Below are positions 37,434 to 47,576 of a stretch of DNA of 64,000 nucleotides, piece by piece. The notes beneath the pieces are model-generated. The model had not been told where the DNA came from and searched no databases. It was given only the letters and a program-made list of their open reading frames with translations. A program made the position numbers and the translations under genes. The first letter of the stretch is position 1. Every line of letters begins with the position of its first letter. The stretch comes from a virus (taxonomy: Duplodnaviria; Caudoviricetes): the IMG/VR virus record IMGVR_UViG_3300028048_000077, positions 64,772 through 128,771 of that record. One strand, written 5' to 3'.

Positions 37434-39668
37434 TTAATCATTATCATCGCCAGGAAGTCCTCTAGCGTCACTAATATCTTTTTCATTATAATCTACTTTC
37501 ATTCTCCATTTCATCTTAGCATAATGACCTTGGAGCTTTTTCTTAATAAGCATAAGATGACGAACTCTTTCGAGATCATTATTATCTTCTGCTTGTTTAA
37601 TATATTTATCTACCATAACAAGTTCTACATCGAGTTCATTAATGAACTTCTGTCTTTCTTGTTTAAGATTTTTATTTCTCATAAGACCTACTGCAACGGC
37701 AGATATTAATGCAAGCCATGGATTAATGAAAGCTAAACCACCAAATCCAAGTACAAGCTTAATACACTTAGAAAGAGGTGGTAACCAATCTCCCTTAACG
37801 GCTGCTTCTCTATTACCATAACTTACAATACTATTAAACTTCTTTTCTACAGTTCTAGCATTAGCATCTATCTGATTTGAAATCATCTGTTGTTTTACAT
37901 CTAATTTGCCAAGACTAGATTTTACTTTATCTAATGCTATATCTACCATACTACTGATAGACATCTCATGAATATAACTATTCATAATATTAAGATCAAC
38001 TGATATTTCAGAGATAGTTCTAATTGCATCATATGGATTAGTATTTTCTTCAAATACAATTGGAGTACTTAAAAGATTCTTCATTTCATTAAATTTAGCT
38101 ATCTTAGAATAATCAGGATTATCAGATTTACGTTCTCTACGTACAGCCTCAGTAATCTGCCTCTTAACAGCTCTAGGCTCAATAAATTCAGGATACTTAC
38201 AAGCAAAATCTGTCATATATTGAGCATGATCAATATTATTAAACAAATGAGGCATCATTGTATTTTTATACGTTTCATATTGATCAAAATTATTAGCAAG
38301 ATCAATAATAGAATTTGCAATACTACTTGAGAAAGCATATACCATATCAGTATTTTCAAACTTCATATCGAAGTCTCCAAATTCATCTCCAGTCTTTTTA
38401 CCATTATAATCATCAGGACGGAGATCATATGCATCTTTCTCTTCATCATCTTTCATAGCATCATAATGACTTTCTAATCTATCAATACCATCATCTAATC
38501 CTTTGATATATTCTTTGAGTCTTTTTTTCTTTTCTTCATCTTTACAATCTTCTAACTGTTTAGCAGCCTTAGCCCTTTGTTTATGCCAAGATTTAAGAGC
38601 TTTCTTAGTAGATTTTCTAGTAAGATGAATACGAGTTAAAGTAGAAGCAATAAATGCAGCTATTCCAAGCCAAGGATTAATAGCAGTAGCTCCTACAGTA
38701 ATAAAGAAATGGAAACAAAGTGCTAAAAGGTTATTAGTCTCTACAATAACATCTTCTTCTCTACTAGTATTCATAAGAGTATGACAAATAGAATTTACAG
38801 TACTCTTAAATACAGAAACATTTTTATCTGGAAGAGATTTAAATTTTTCGATTATATTATTTATGATAGTTTTTGTGTCTACAGCTTCAAAGATACTTTC
38901 AATAGTTTCTTCTTTTACTGTATATACAAAGTTCTCTTTCAATCTATCAAGATAAGCAGTTTCATGAATGAATGGATTAGAATTGATCACATCTTTCATA
39001 ATATCAATCAATTCACCTTCTGTATCTTGCTCATTCAAATGATTGTATAAAAAGTAATCCGTTACAGCTTCTACAATCATAGAATCTTCATATGGAATAT
39101 AGTTTTTACTAAATACAAACTGGCATTCATTTAAACAAGTTTTATATTTAGTATTTACACCCATTTTATAAGTATCAATGAAGGAGCAGAGTTCATATAT
39201 ACATTCATATAGATTTTCAGAAGATGCTTTTTCTTGAACATAGCTATCCATATCAAATCTCATACAAAGATCTTCATGTGTTTTGATCATCATATCACAT
39301 TTCTTGATATCTGCTATTGCATCCATTACAGTATCAGTATTCTTTGTGAGTTTGATTATAGATTCTACATCTGCAAAGTTTTTCAAAGAAGATACATTTG
39401 ATTCGATAATTGATGTACATTCCTCTATCTGAGAAATATCTCCATGCTCATTTACCATATCAAATAATTCAAACATCTTATCTAAGCATTCTTCTTCAAT
39501 CATACTATAATCTTTCCAAGATTTAATAGCATCTTTGAGATTTTCATAATTATATTCTTCCTGATAAGAAGTATATAATGGATAACTTGCTAAATATTCA
39601 CCATATCTTGTTTTTACTTTTCTTTGCCGATTACGATTCATTACGGAAAGCATCGTTATTTCACTCAT
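37434..39668 (-). CDS. large virion protein with two related hydrophobic segments (possible ejection protein)
   Basis: GATAINPWLGIAAF and GLAFINPWLALISAV internal repeats; late motif at 39706-39718. Confidence 0.5.
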   Translation of the reverse strand: MSEITMLSVMNRNRQRKVKTRYGEYLASYPLYTSYQEEYNYENLKDAIKSWKDYSMIEEECLDKMFELFDMVNEHGDISQIEECTSIIESNVSSLKNFADVESIIKLTKNTDTVMDAIADIKKCDMMIKTHEDLCMRFDMDSYVQEKASSENLYECIYELCSFIDTYKMGVNTKYKTCLNECQFVFSKNYIPYEDSMIVEAVTDYFLYNHLNEQDTEGELIDIMKDVINSNPFIHETAYLDRLKENFVYTVKEETIESIFEAVDTKTIINNIIEKFKSLPDKNVSVFKSTVNSICHTLMNTSREEDVIVETNNLLALCFHFFITVGATAINPWLGIAAFIASTLTRIHLTRKSTKKALKSWHKQRAKAAKQLEDCKDEEKKKRLKEYIKGLDDGIDRLESHYDAMKDDEEKDAYDLRPDDYNGKKTGDEFGDFDMKFENTDMVYAFSSSIANSIIDLANNFDQYETYKNTMMPHLFNNIDHAQYMTDFACKYPEFIEPRAVKRQITEAVRRERKSDNPDYSKIAKFNEMKNLLSTPIVFEENTNPYDAIRTISEISVDLNIMNSYIHEMSISSMVDIALDKVKSSLGKLDVKQQMISNQIDANARTVEKKFNSIVSYGNREAAVKGDWLPPLSKCIKLVLGFGGLAFINPWLALISAVAVGLMRNKNLKQERQKFINELDVELVMVDKYIKQAEDNNDLERVRHLMLIKKKLQGHYAKMKWRMKVDYNEKDISDARGLPGDDND

Positions 39669-39743
39669 CTTATTTCTCTCCTTCATTATATTGGATTTAG
39701 ATGATTTATTTAAAAGTTGAACAGGTATTCTTACACAACCTAT

Positions 39744-39773
39744 CCCCTATACCCTTCCGATGGGTATAGGGGA
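39744..39773. terminator. conserved-stem hairpin
   Basis: CCCCTATACCC-TTCCGAT-GGGTATAGGGG. Confidence 0.7.
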
Positions 39774-39876
39774 AAAGTTAGAGCCAAAATATAGTAGTTA
39801 GAGAGGAGGACACACACCTCGATAGGAATAGTCTCCGAAAACTTTCCTATTAAAATATGGTTATCAAGAATTTTAT

Positions 39877-41559
39877 TTAAAACTCAGGCATAGTGATTTT
39901 CTTCATATCATCTGGTAATATCATAGTTAAGTTATACATAGATTGTAAGCATTCTATTTCTTCTTTAAGAATACATTGACCATTCAGATCTATAAATCTT
40001 CGTCTACTATTAAGAATAGTTTCTAATTCTTTATTTGCTTCCATAGAATATAAAGATTTAATGGATACAGTATCACCATCATAGTCTCCACCCATAGAAT
40101 CAAGATAAAGATTACATATCTTAGTAGTATCTGAGAATTTATTTGTAGTATCTGTATTCAATTCATCTTCAGAAATATCTGGATAGAATTTATAGAATTC
40201 GTTATTAACTACCATTGGTTTAGTTTTTAGAGTAGATGATACTCTTACTTTAGAAGGAAATTGATTGAAATAAGAATCCATTGGATAACGTGTAATGAGT
40301 ACACACTTATCCTTTACAGCTTCACAAGCAGCCATAAATATCAAATCACACCAAGTCATTGGTCTAACAATAGCTGGTATATTTGATATTTCTTCATTAT
40401 TCTTTATTTTATCATATTCTTCTCTATCTATATTATATCCTATAAAATATATTTTATATTCTTTTTTCTTATTTTCAGGATCTCTAATAGTAATAGGTCT
40501 AAATCTATTTGCAATACCATGAGCAAATCTATCTAACTCTTCTTTTATTACTTCATCTGAAAATTGAACCATGTAATCATTTCCTATATTAAGAAATGTA
40601 TCTTTACCATTCTTATCTTTAATAGGAAATACTTCATTACCAGAGAATTGTCTCTCAAAGAAACGTCTAATGAAGAATACAATCTGAGGAAAATAATTTG
40701 CTGTTAATGATGCAAGTGGTACAGCAGTATAATCCAAATCAGTAATCATATCTTCTATATTCTCTACTTTTAACTCAGGAGCAGAGATAACTGTACGGGC
40801 AGAATAGTCTGTAGTCTTAGACATATTTGCTCTTCTAAGTACACCAAACTTACCTGCTATACCAGTAACAGGTTGTCCATTAAAAATACCTTTAGTAAAG
40901 TAATCATAAATCTCAGCTAACGTATCTTGAATCCTACCTCTGATAGAATTAGAAAGAGATAAACCATAGTCATGAGATTCAGATAAACTTCTAGTAGCAA
41001 TAATAAGCTTAGAATATAACTGATTGATATCTCCTACTCCTACATATTTACCAGTAGTCTTTACATCTCTATAGTATGCAGGAATTACTACCATATTCTT
41101 TACAAAGATTCTATCTCTATATTTATTAAGAAAATCTATAGTAGCATCTCTACTAGGAGAACCATTCTTTTTAAGTTTCAATTTGCTAAAGTTTTCTTGT
41201 AAGAATTTGATTCCAGTCTTACCATTATCATCTTCTACAAGTTCACCATTAGTAATAGTAAAATTCTTAAGACCATGTACTATATCTTTAATCTTTCTAT
41301 CTACTTTACACCATACTTTATATGCCATAGGATGAATAAATATTTCATTCTCCCCTAAAGGAATCTGAGCAAAGATAGTAGATCTTTCATCTTTGGTAAT
41401 ACCAAAGATTTCATTTGAAAGTAAACCATCTATAGTAGGTGTAGAATTAGCATCAAAGAATATAGGATTATCTATAGGCTTTAACTTATTAACTTTAACA
41501 AAGTTAGAAATATTCAAAGGTTCTGTTTTAAAATGCTTTAATTGTTGTTTATCAGCCAT
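39877..41559 (-). CDS. phage RNA polymerase beta'-like subunit (catalytic N-terminal half)
   Basis: GLLSNEIFG, GKFGVLRRANMSKTTDYSARTVI, ITRYP and catalytic GGDYDGD. Confidence 0.92.
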   Translation of the reverse strand: MADKQQLKHFKTEPLNISNFVKVNKLKPIDNPIFFDANSTPTIDGLLSNEIFGITKDERSTIFAQIPLGENEIFIHPMAYKVWCKVDRKIKDIVHGLKNFTITNGELVEDDNGKTGIKFLQENFSKLKLKKNGSPSRDATIDFLNKYRDRIFVKNMVVIPAYYRDVKTTGKYVGVGDINQLYSKLIIATRSLSESHDYGLSLSNSIRGRIQDTLAEIYDYFTKGIFNGQPVTGIAGKFGVLRRANMSKTTDYSARTVISAPELKVENIEDMITDLDYTAVPLASLTANYFPQIVFFIRRFFERQFSGNEVFPIKDKNGKDTFLNIGNDYMVQFSDEVIKEELDRFAHGIANRFRPITIRDPENKKKEYKIYFIGYNIDREEYDKIKNNEEISNIPAIVRPMTWCDLIFMAACEAVKDKCVLITRYPMDSYFNQFPSKVRVSSTLKTKPMVVNNEFYKFYPDISEDELNTDTTNKFSDTTKICNLYLDSMGGDYDGDTVSIKSLYSMEANKELETILNSRRRFIDLNGQCILKEEIECLQSMYNLTMILPDDMKKITMPEF

Positions 41560-41631
41560 TGTATTCACCTCTTATGCTAAAGTCAAAATCACAAAAATAT
41601 AAAGGCAGCCCCATAAGAGGCTGCCTCATAT

Positions 41632-41937
41632 TTAATGTGCCTTTAAATTGATTATCATATTTCCATCTTCTATCCTGGAAGTAATTAAGAAGTTTCTATT
41701 GAATAGATATACTTCCAGCATATTAAGAGTTTCTGATAAATAACTTTGTTCAAGTTTAACCATCGGAATGATTTTATACGTAATACTTTTAGGATTTGAC
41801 TGTACTTCTATATTAATCTGACCTGGAGCAAATCTATTATTCAGAAACTCATATAACAAAATATGCTCATCAAAATATTTCACGTATTGCTCATCCGTGG
41901 TATATGATATAATATTTTTGAACTCTTCGAGAGTCAT
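41632..41937 (-). CDS. hypothetical protein
   Basis: GGGTG RBS; MTLEEFKNII... Confidence 0.6.
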   Translation of the reverse strand: MTLEEFKNIISYTTDEQYVKYFDEHILLYEFLNNRFAPGQINIEVQSNPKSITYKIIPMVKLEQSYLSETLNMLEVYLFNRNFLITSRIEDGNMIINLKAH

Positions 41938-41945
41938 ATTATATT

Positions 41946-42163
41946 TCACCCACCTTCGAAAGCATCTTCTAATACTTCGCTTTGTTTTCTTTTCTTACCC
42001 TCATCGCTTTGTGATTCGATTACTGCCATATAGTAAAAATAATGGAGTATACCCAATGGAGCTTTTAATAGATAATCTATAGTCATTCTCCCTCTATAGT
42101 ATCTAGCAACCATGTTTACTCTGTCATAATACTGGCGTACCGAGCCAAGCGATGCCGTATAAA
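41946..42163 (-). CDS. -1 frame extension of the upstream gene (or separate small ORF from ATG 42113/42086)
   Basis: open -1 frame YTASLGSVRQYYDRVNMVARYYRGRMTIDYLLKAP...EGG from slippery G GTT TTT. Confidence 0.5.
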
Positions 42164-44092
42164 AACCAAGTACAATGGGCTAATATCCTCATCAGAAGGT
42201 TTAATCTCTTTCTTACACTTAGGACAAGTGCTATCTGGATAATGGAATCTAGCATTAACCTTATTCTCATTAGAGATATTGATAATGGTAGAAGAAATAA
42301 TACCATACTCATCAGAAGATAAGGTCTTAAGTACATTGTAGAATGCAATGATCTTATTCTTTGTAGTCTTAGCAGGATCATTCTCTACTGGCTTACAATC
42401 AATCTTCATGAGAGTAGGTTCATCACTTCTATCAGAATGATGAATAAAGTAGATATTACTCATATATGCAATGGTACCAATAATGGTAGCATACTTATCA
42501 CGGAAGTTCTTGTCCAAAGAAGAAGCACCAAATATAATATCATATATAGATGGAGCACGGAAACCAATAGCATACTTATCATTAATCTGAATTACATCTT
42601 CTTCAATAGTATCAGGAGTCATATCAATACCCTTCTTCAGGATTTCCTGATACAACTTCTCTGCTTTATCATCTACATATGTAATCATATCCTTATAGGA
42701 TTTCTCCTCTAAGTACATATGCTTACAAGCAGGATTATCACACTGATAAGTGATAAAGTTAGAATTCTTGAAAGTAGCAAGATAAATACCAAAGTACAGG
42801 TCATTGATATCAAACCAGTTGATAGTCTTAATCCACTCTTCCATAGTGGCTGGCTTATTAGCATCAATCAAATGATTGTACAGAGTATTGAATGTAATTC
42901 TAGAAGCCAATGAATTACTATCTTCTGGATTCAAATTTTCAATTTCTTCACCAGACAGTGCAGAGAAAGTAACAAGACGACCAGAGTTAGGTAATACCCA
43001 AGTAGCAGTATTAACTACATTAGATGCAGTTCTCAATACCTTACTTACAGGAATTGGCTTAGAAGAAATCTTAAATTTAGTAAGTCTCTTCTCAGATGCA
43101 GGAGTCAGATGTAATTTCTGGATTACCTGCTCACGGAACTGATTGAAAATCTCCTTACGCTCTTCATCATCTACATTTTCATCATCTTCATCTTCAAGGA
43201 AGTCTTTGAAATCTTCATCTGTAATTTCAGGAAGTGTAGCTGAAGCTGTAGGAATAGCAGTATCAGTAGTAATACTAGTTTTAGCAGGTTCAGAAGTAGG
43301 AATCTTAGCAATAGCTTCATCTGGCTTATTAGATTTAGGAGCATTTGCCATATCCTGTAAAGGATCAGGAATTACAGTTTCTTTTTTCTCCTCTACAACT
43401 TTCTCTTCTATTACTTCTTCCTCCATTACAGGAGCTTCTTCAATTTTAACTTCTTTCATTTTCTTACTCATCTCTTCCTCTGTTGGAATTAAATCAGTTG
43501 GATCAATTTCCTCTTCTTCAACTAATCCAAAATCTTTTTGTATATCAGAAATACTATCTGAATCTGGTTTTACCATATCTTTAGCAAGATCTTCTTTAGC
43601 ACTATCTGCAATATCAAGAAGAGTATCAAGATCTTCAGAAATAGTAGTATTTACTTCTTTAATCTCAGTATTCTTTGCTTCTTCTTCTCTTTCTTTTGCA
43701 ACTGCTTCCATATATTCTTTTACATTATTCTTATCAGAGATAATACCAGCAGCTTCCATCTCTTCAGCCTCAATTGCTTTTTCAATACAAGCCTCTTTAA
43801 ATGGATCAACCACATTAGTTATCAAATCATCTGCTTTTGCTTTAAGATAAGAATCTACCTCATCCATAAGCTTTTCTTCAGCTACTTGACTAGCTGGCTT
43901 TTTAGGAACAAACATATCTGGAGCGATTTCTTTAAGATCAGCTTTTTCAGTTTTACTATTCTTTACCATATCTGGAGTAATAATAGTATTCTTAGTAATC
44001 TTTTTCTTTGTAAGATTTTCTTCAGTAGGAGTAGTAGTTTCCTCCTCTTGCATAATATCGTTTAAGGATGCAATTTTCTTTTCATCTGCCAT
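42116..44092 (-). CDS. baseplate-hub/tail assembly chaperone-like protein (T4 gp26-like C-half) with acidic N-terminal extension
   Basis: CDNPAC and CPKC Zn motifs, GFRAPSIYD; next to a gp25-like gene. Confidence 0.6.
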   Translation of the reverse strand: MADEKKIASLNDIMQEEETTTPTEENLTKKKITKNTIITPDMVKNSKTEKADLKEIAPDMFVPKKPASQVAEEKLMDEVDSYLKAKADDLITNVVDPFKEACIEKAIEAEEMEAAGIISDKNNVKEYMEAVAKEREEEAKNTEIKEVNTTISEDLDTLLDIADSAKEDLAKDMVKPDSDSISDIQKDFGLVEEEEIDPTDLIPTEEEMSKKMKEVKIEEAPVMEEEVIEEKVVEEKKETVIPDPLQDMANAPKSNKPDEAIAKIPTSEPAKTSITTDTAIPTASATLPEITDEDFKDFLEDEDDENVDDEERKEIFNQFREQVIQKLHLTPASEKRLTKFKISSKPIPVSKVLRTASNVVNTATWVLPNSGRLVTFSALSGEEIENLNPEDSNSLASRITFNTLYNHLIDANKPATMEEWIKTINWFDINDLYFGIYLATFKNSNFITYQCDNPACKHMYLEEKSYKDMITYVDDKAEKLYQEILKKGIDMTPDTIEEDVIQINDKYAIGFRAPSIYDIIFGASSLDKNFRDKYATIIGTIAYMSNIYFIHHSDRSDEPTLMKIDCKPVENDPAKTTKNKIIAFYNVLKTLSSDEYGIISSTIINISNENKVNARFHYPDSTCPKCKKEIKPSDEDISPLYLVFIRHRLARYASIMTE

Positions 44093-44113
44093 AATTATTT
44101 TCTCCCCTTCTTA

Positions 44114-44512
44114 TTATTCTTTTACAGCTTCTAAGGTTTCATACTCAGGTCTATATATTAATTCATATGCTATACCATTTATTATGATTTGAATAAGTAA
44201 GTCTTTAGTTTTTGTAAGAGTTAATTCAACACCAACAGAAGTAAACTGAGGTAAATACATAGAAATTTGAGATTCAATATCATCAGCTAATTGATTTAAT
44301 TCAGATTCTTTAGCATATCTATATTTACTTACTAATCCAACTCCCATTTTAGGGTGAGTTGGATAAGTTCCAGGCTCAAGTAATATAAGTCTTATTAATA
44401 GAGTATAGGTAGCATCTACATCAGTATACACAGTAGGTCTATTAAACTCATTAGTTCCAAGGAAGTATTCTATTACAGAATTTGGTTTGTTAGTATCTAA
44501 TATCTTAGCCAT
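44114..44512 (-). CDS. baseplate wedge protein, gp25-like
   Basis: LILLEPGTYPTHPKMGVGL...I..YLP pattern. Confidence 0.75.
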   Translation of the reverse strand: MAKILDTNKPNSVIEYFLGTNEFNRPTVYTDVDATYTLLIRLILLEPGTYPTHPKMGVGLVSKYRYAKESELNQLADDIESQISMYLPQFTSVGVELTLTKTKDLLIQIIINGIAYELIYRPEYETLEAVKE

Positions 44513-44578
44513 ACTATAACCTCCTAATTTATTATATTGTGAATGTTGTATAATTATATTAATAAAAATATTTTTAAA

Positions 44579-44599
44579 GATATACTATATATATGAGTA
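44579..44599 (+). promoter_or_regulatory. putative early promoter
   Basis: GATATACTATATATATGAGTA plus hairpin TAGGAAG/CTTCCTA. Confidence 0.65.
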
Positions 44600-44662
44600 G
44601 GAAGTGAGTAGCTTCCTATAGAAAATTTACAAGTCTTTGTTTTTAAAAGGGAGGAAAAGTTT

Positions 44663-45724
44663 ATGCAGTTAAATGAAAACAAAATCTTTAAGGTATCATC
44701 CAGAAAAATGGAGAATTGTGCTTTATATATGTATGCTAAACAAAGCACAAGAGAAGGAATTATCAATGATATTTTTGAAAATCTAAAGAATGCTGACTTT
44801 GATGCTTTATCAAAGCAAGCAATGTGTTCATTAGGTGCTAAACTCTATGTAACTAAAAATGAATTTAAAGAAGTTTGTGGAGTTATTAAGAAAGGATGTA
44901 AAAATTATAATCTTAGTACAAAATTTATTGTTGAAACATGTATTATTTTGGCAATAAAAGGTTTGCATAAAAACGGCAGCTTGTATATATCTAGAAATGA
45001 AATTGATACTAAAGGTAATAGCATTGTCATTAGTGTTCAGCATCCATATGCTAAAATGCTTAGATGCAAAATTGAGCCAAAATATGACAAGTTATCACCA
45101 TCTGAATTAATAACAATGGCTGTAAAATATGTTCTTAAGAACAAGTATGAATGTATAAATATTTTACAAAAGCATGTTAATATTACAGAAAATGATAAAG
45201 CATTCCTAAAAGAATTGTATATGAGTAACAGAAATACTCTTAAAGAATTTGAAGATACTCTGTCTAAACTTATTAAATTCCATTATAAAGGTAAAGTTAC
45301 AAAAACAGACTTTAGTATTTATAATTGGCTTGTAGATGAGTTTATCATCAAGTATTACAAGCTGGATAGGAATATCTTTACTATTGGAAAGGTAATTGAA
45401 AAGGAGGCAGAAAAAGATCCTGAACCAATTCCTGAGAAAAAGGATGAAGAAATCATTCCTGATCCTAAAAAGGATAAGCTTGGCTTTGCTCAATATATAA
45501 CTAATAAAAGGTATGGCAAAAAAGAAGAAGAAAAGAATGTAACTAAAGATGAGATCTATGGTAGAGTACATGTAGATCCTGAGAATACTAAGATTAAAGA
45601 TCCAGTTACCAATTCTTCTTCAGATGTTGTAGATGATGATGATTGGATCATGATGAAGATTCTCAAACTTCGTCGTCAGCTTAAGCATACCAAGCTTGAG
45701 TTAATAATTAGAGATAAGGAGTAA
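44663..45724 (+). CDS. hypothetical early protein
   Basis: GGAGG RBS; 353 aa. Confidence 0.7.
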   Translation: MQLNENKIFKVSSRKMENCALYMYAKQSTREGIINDIFENLKNADFDALSKQAMCSLGAKLYVTKNEFKEVCGVIKKGCKNYNLSTKFIVETCIILAIKGLHKNGSLYISRNEIDTKGNSIVISVQHPYAKMLRCKIEPKYDKLSPSELITMAVKYVLKNKYECINILQKHVNITENDKAFLKELYMSNRNTLKEFEDTLSKLIKFHYKGKVTKTDFSIYNWLVDEFIIKYYKLDRNIFTIGKVIEKEAEKDPEPIPEKKDEEIIPDPKKDKLGFAQYITNKRYGKKEEEKNVTKDEIYGRVHVDPENTKIKDPVTNSSSDVVDDDDWIMMKILKLRRQLKHTKLELIIRDKE

Positions 45725-45728
45725 AGAT

Positions 45729-46031
45729 ATGAGAGGATCTAGAAGAGTTCAAGAAACCAAAGCTTATAGATTGTATGTAGTAGGCACCATATCTGCTAAA
45801 AAGCGTAAAGTGTCAATAAGACCAGCATTGCTTGGTGATTATAATATAAATGTGGAAACGTATTACTACACAGATAAGGAAGATCCAAGTAATGGAGAGA
45901 GAGGAGATTGTATCTATGTAGAGTTCAGAACTGTTAAGAAAAGAAAGAAAACATTCAGATCTACTATGATCATTCGTAATACTGAATGGAATTCTACATC
46001 AGTTGTAACGATATGGAGTAGGTGGCATTAA
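45729..46031 (+). CDS. small basic protein
   Basis: shares YY.TD.E...DCIYV...TV.KR with the next ORF. Confidence 0.65.
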   Translation: MRGSRRVQETKAYRLYVVGTISAKKRKVSIRPALLGDYNINVETYYYTDKEDPSNGERGDCIYVEFRTVKKRKKTFRSTMIIRNTEWNSTSVVTIWSRWH

Positions 46032-46333
46032 TGCAAAGAAATAAGCAAATGATAAAGGCTTTAGGCCTTTATGTGAAATCTAAAAAGTACAAAAGTTATC
46101 GCCAATTTACTACTCCAGCATTAGGAGGATCTATTTCTGGTGATATAATCCTTTCTGATAAGTACTATTTCACTGATAATGAGAATAATGATTGTATTTA
46201 CGTACAGAGAAATACAGTCATTAAAAGGTGTTATAAGCCAATATTAAAGCGTTTAACAACCTTGTTTATATATCATCGTATCAATGGATCATTACTTCAA
46301 TTGGGATGGAGTAAATATAATATAGTACACTAA
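46031..46333 (+). CDS. small basic protein, paralogue of the preceding ORF
   Basis: YYFTDNENNDCIYVQRNTVIKR; start uncertain (46022 or 46031). Confidence 0.65.
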   Translation: MQRNKQMIKALGLYVKSKKYKSYRQFTTPALGGSISGDIILSDKYYFTDNENNDCIYVQRNTVIKRCYKPILKRLTTLFIYHRINGSLLQLGWSKYNIVH

Positions 46334-46402
46334 TTATATATGGGCTAGGTTTCTAGCCCATTATTTTTTGTGATTTTGACTCTAGTATAAGAGGTGAATA
46401 CG

Positions 46403-47197
46403 ATGAGTAAAGTATATAAATGTCAATTTTGTTCTTTTCATGGAACAAAAGAGAAGTTAGTTTCTCATGTAGATAGAAAACATCCAGAAATGATACCAGA
46501 AGGATTTACTGCTGGAAGAACTGTATTTAATTATATTAATCATAAAGACCATGGAGTTTGTGTAGTATGCAAACGTCCTACAGAATGGAATGAAGATAGA
46601 TTAAAATATAATAGATTATGTGGTAGAGAATCTTGTAAGAAAGCATTAAGAGAGAAGTATTCTAAGAATATGATTAGAGTACATGGAACAGATAATCTTC
46701 TTACTGATATGGAACAACAGGAGAAGATGTTAAAGAATCGTAGAATATCTGGTAAATATAGATTTACTGATGGTGGATATTGTACATATACTGGACAATA
46801 TGAACTTAAGACTTTAGAGTTTTTAGATAAAGTTTTAGGTTATAAGAGCAATGAGATATTGACTCCTGGTCCAATAGTAGAATATGAATATCAAGGTAAG
46901 AAACTTAAATGGATCTTAGATATATTGATTATTCCATATAATCTTGTAATAGATGTAAAAGATGGTGGAGATAATCCTAATAATAGAGAAATGAAATCTT
47001 ATAGAGAGAAACAGATTGCAAAAGAAAGTAGCATACAAAAGTTAGGAAACTTCAACTATCTACGTTTAACTAATAATAACTTTGAACAGTTAATACAGAT
47101 ATTAGCAGAGTTAAAGATGCAGATGATAGATAGTTCATATGAAGATGGAAGAACTATTATAAGAGTACATGAAGATTATATAGATGATATAATTTGA
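46403..47197 (+). CDS. Zn-finger plus PD-(D/E)xK nuclease (TnsA-N/T4 gp4-like)
   Basis: CQFC..H..H, CVVC..C..C, YTGQYE and WILD...VIDVK. Confidence 0.6.
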   Translation: MSKVYKCQFCSFHGTKEKLVSHVDRKHPEMIPEGFTAGRTVFNYINHKDHGVCVVCKRPTEWNEDRLKYNRLCGRESCKKALREKYSKNMIRVHGTDNLLTDMEQQEKMLKNRRISGKYRFTDGGYCTYTGQYELKTLEFLDKVLGYKSNEILTPGPIVEYEYQGKKLKWILDILIIPYNLVIDVKDGGDNPNNREMKSYREKQIAKESSIQKLGNFNYLRLTNNNFEQLIQILAELKMQMIDSSYEDGRTIIRVHEDYIDDII

Positions 47198-47204
47198 CAC
47201 AATA

Positions 47205-47234
47205 TATCCCTCTACCCCGAAAGGTAGAGGGATA
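47205..47234. terminator. conserved-stem hairpin
   Basis: TATCCCTCTACC-CCGAAA-GGTAGAGGGATA. Confidence 0.75.
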
Positions 47235-47257
47235 CACTGCTGGTAAATTTGATTTTA

Positions 47258-47280
47258 GTTATATACTATATATATGAATA
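47258..47280 (+). promoter_or_regulatory. putative early promoter
   Basis: GTTATATACTATATATATGAATA plus 5' hairpin TGAATAGATATA/TATATTTATTCA. Confidence 0.65.
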
Positions 47281-47333
47281 GATATAGAGCAATTATATTT
47301 ATTCAAAGTATATAACGAAAGAAGGTGTTTACC

Positions 47334-47432
47334 ATGTTTCTAATTAGTAGGATGAAAGATATACTAGACATTTTGATTCTTATATCTAACATCATAGAAC
47401 TAATAGAAATATTGAAAATCTTCTGTAATTAA
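47334..47432 (+). CDS. 32-aa amphipathic peptide, type I toxin-like
   Basis: GAAGGTG RBS; MFLISRMKDILDILILISNIIELIEILKIFCN. Confidence 0.55.
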   Translation: MFLISRMKDILDILILISNIIELIEILKIFCN

Positions 47433-47543
47433 TTGTTACTAAAATAATAAAGTTATATACTAAAGAAATTACTTATCTTTAACAAAAACTTCTTCTTGGG
47501 ATAAGATAATATATAGATACTACGAAAGAAGAAAATAAACTTA

Positions 47544-47573
47544 TACCCCTCTACCGTAATGGTAGAGGGGTAC
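47544..47573. terminator. conserved-stem hairpin
   Basis: TACCCCTCTACC-GTAAT-GGTAGAGGGGTA. Confidence 0.75.
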
Positions 47574-47576
47574 ATA

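Noticed and set aside
43143-43850. Ser-rich + strand ORF and similar antisense ORFs (e.g. 29482..30192, 54902..55696, 31126..31665)
   Set aside because: Mirror frames of real genes on the opposite strand
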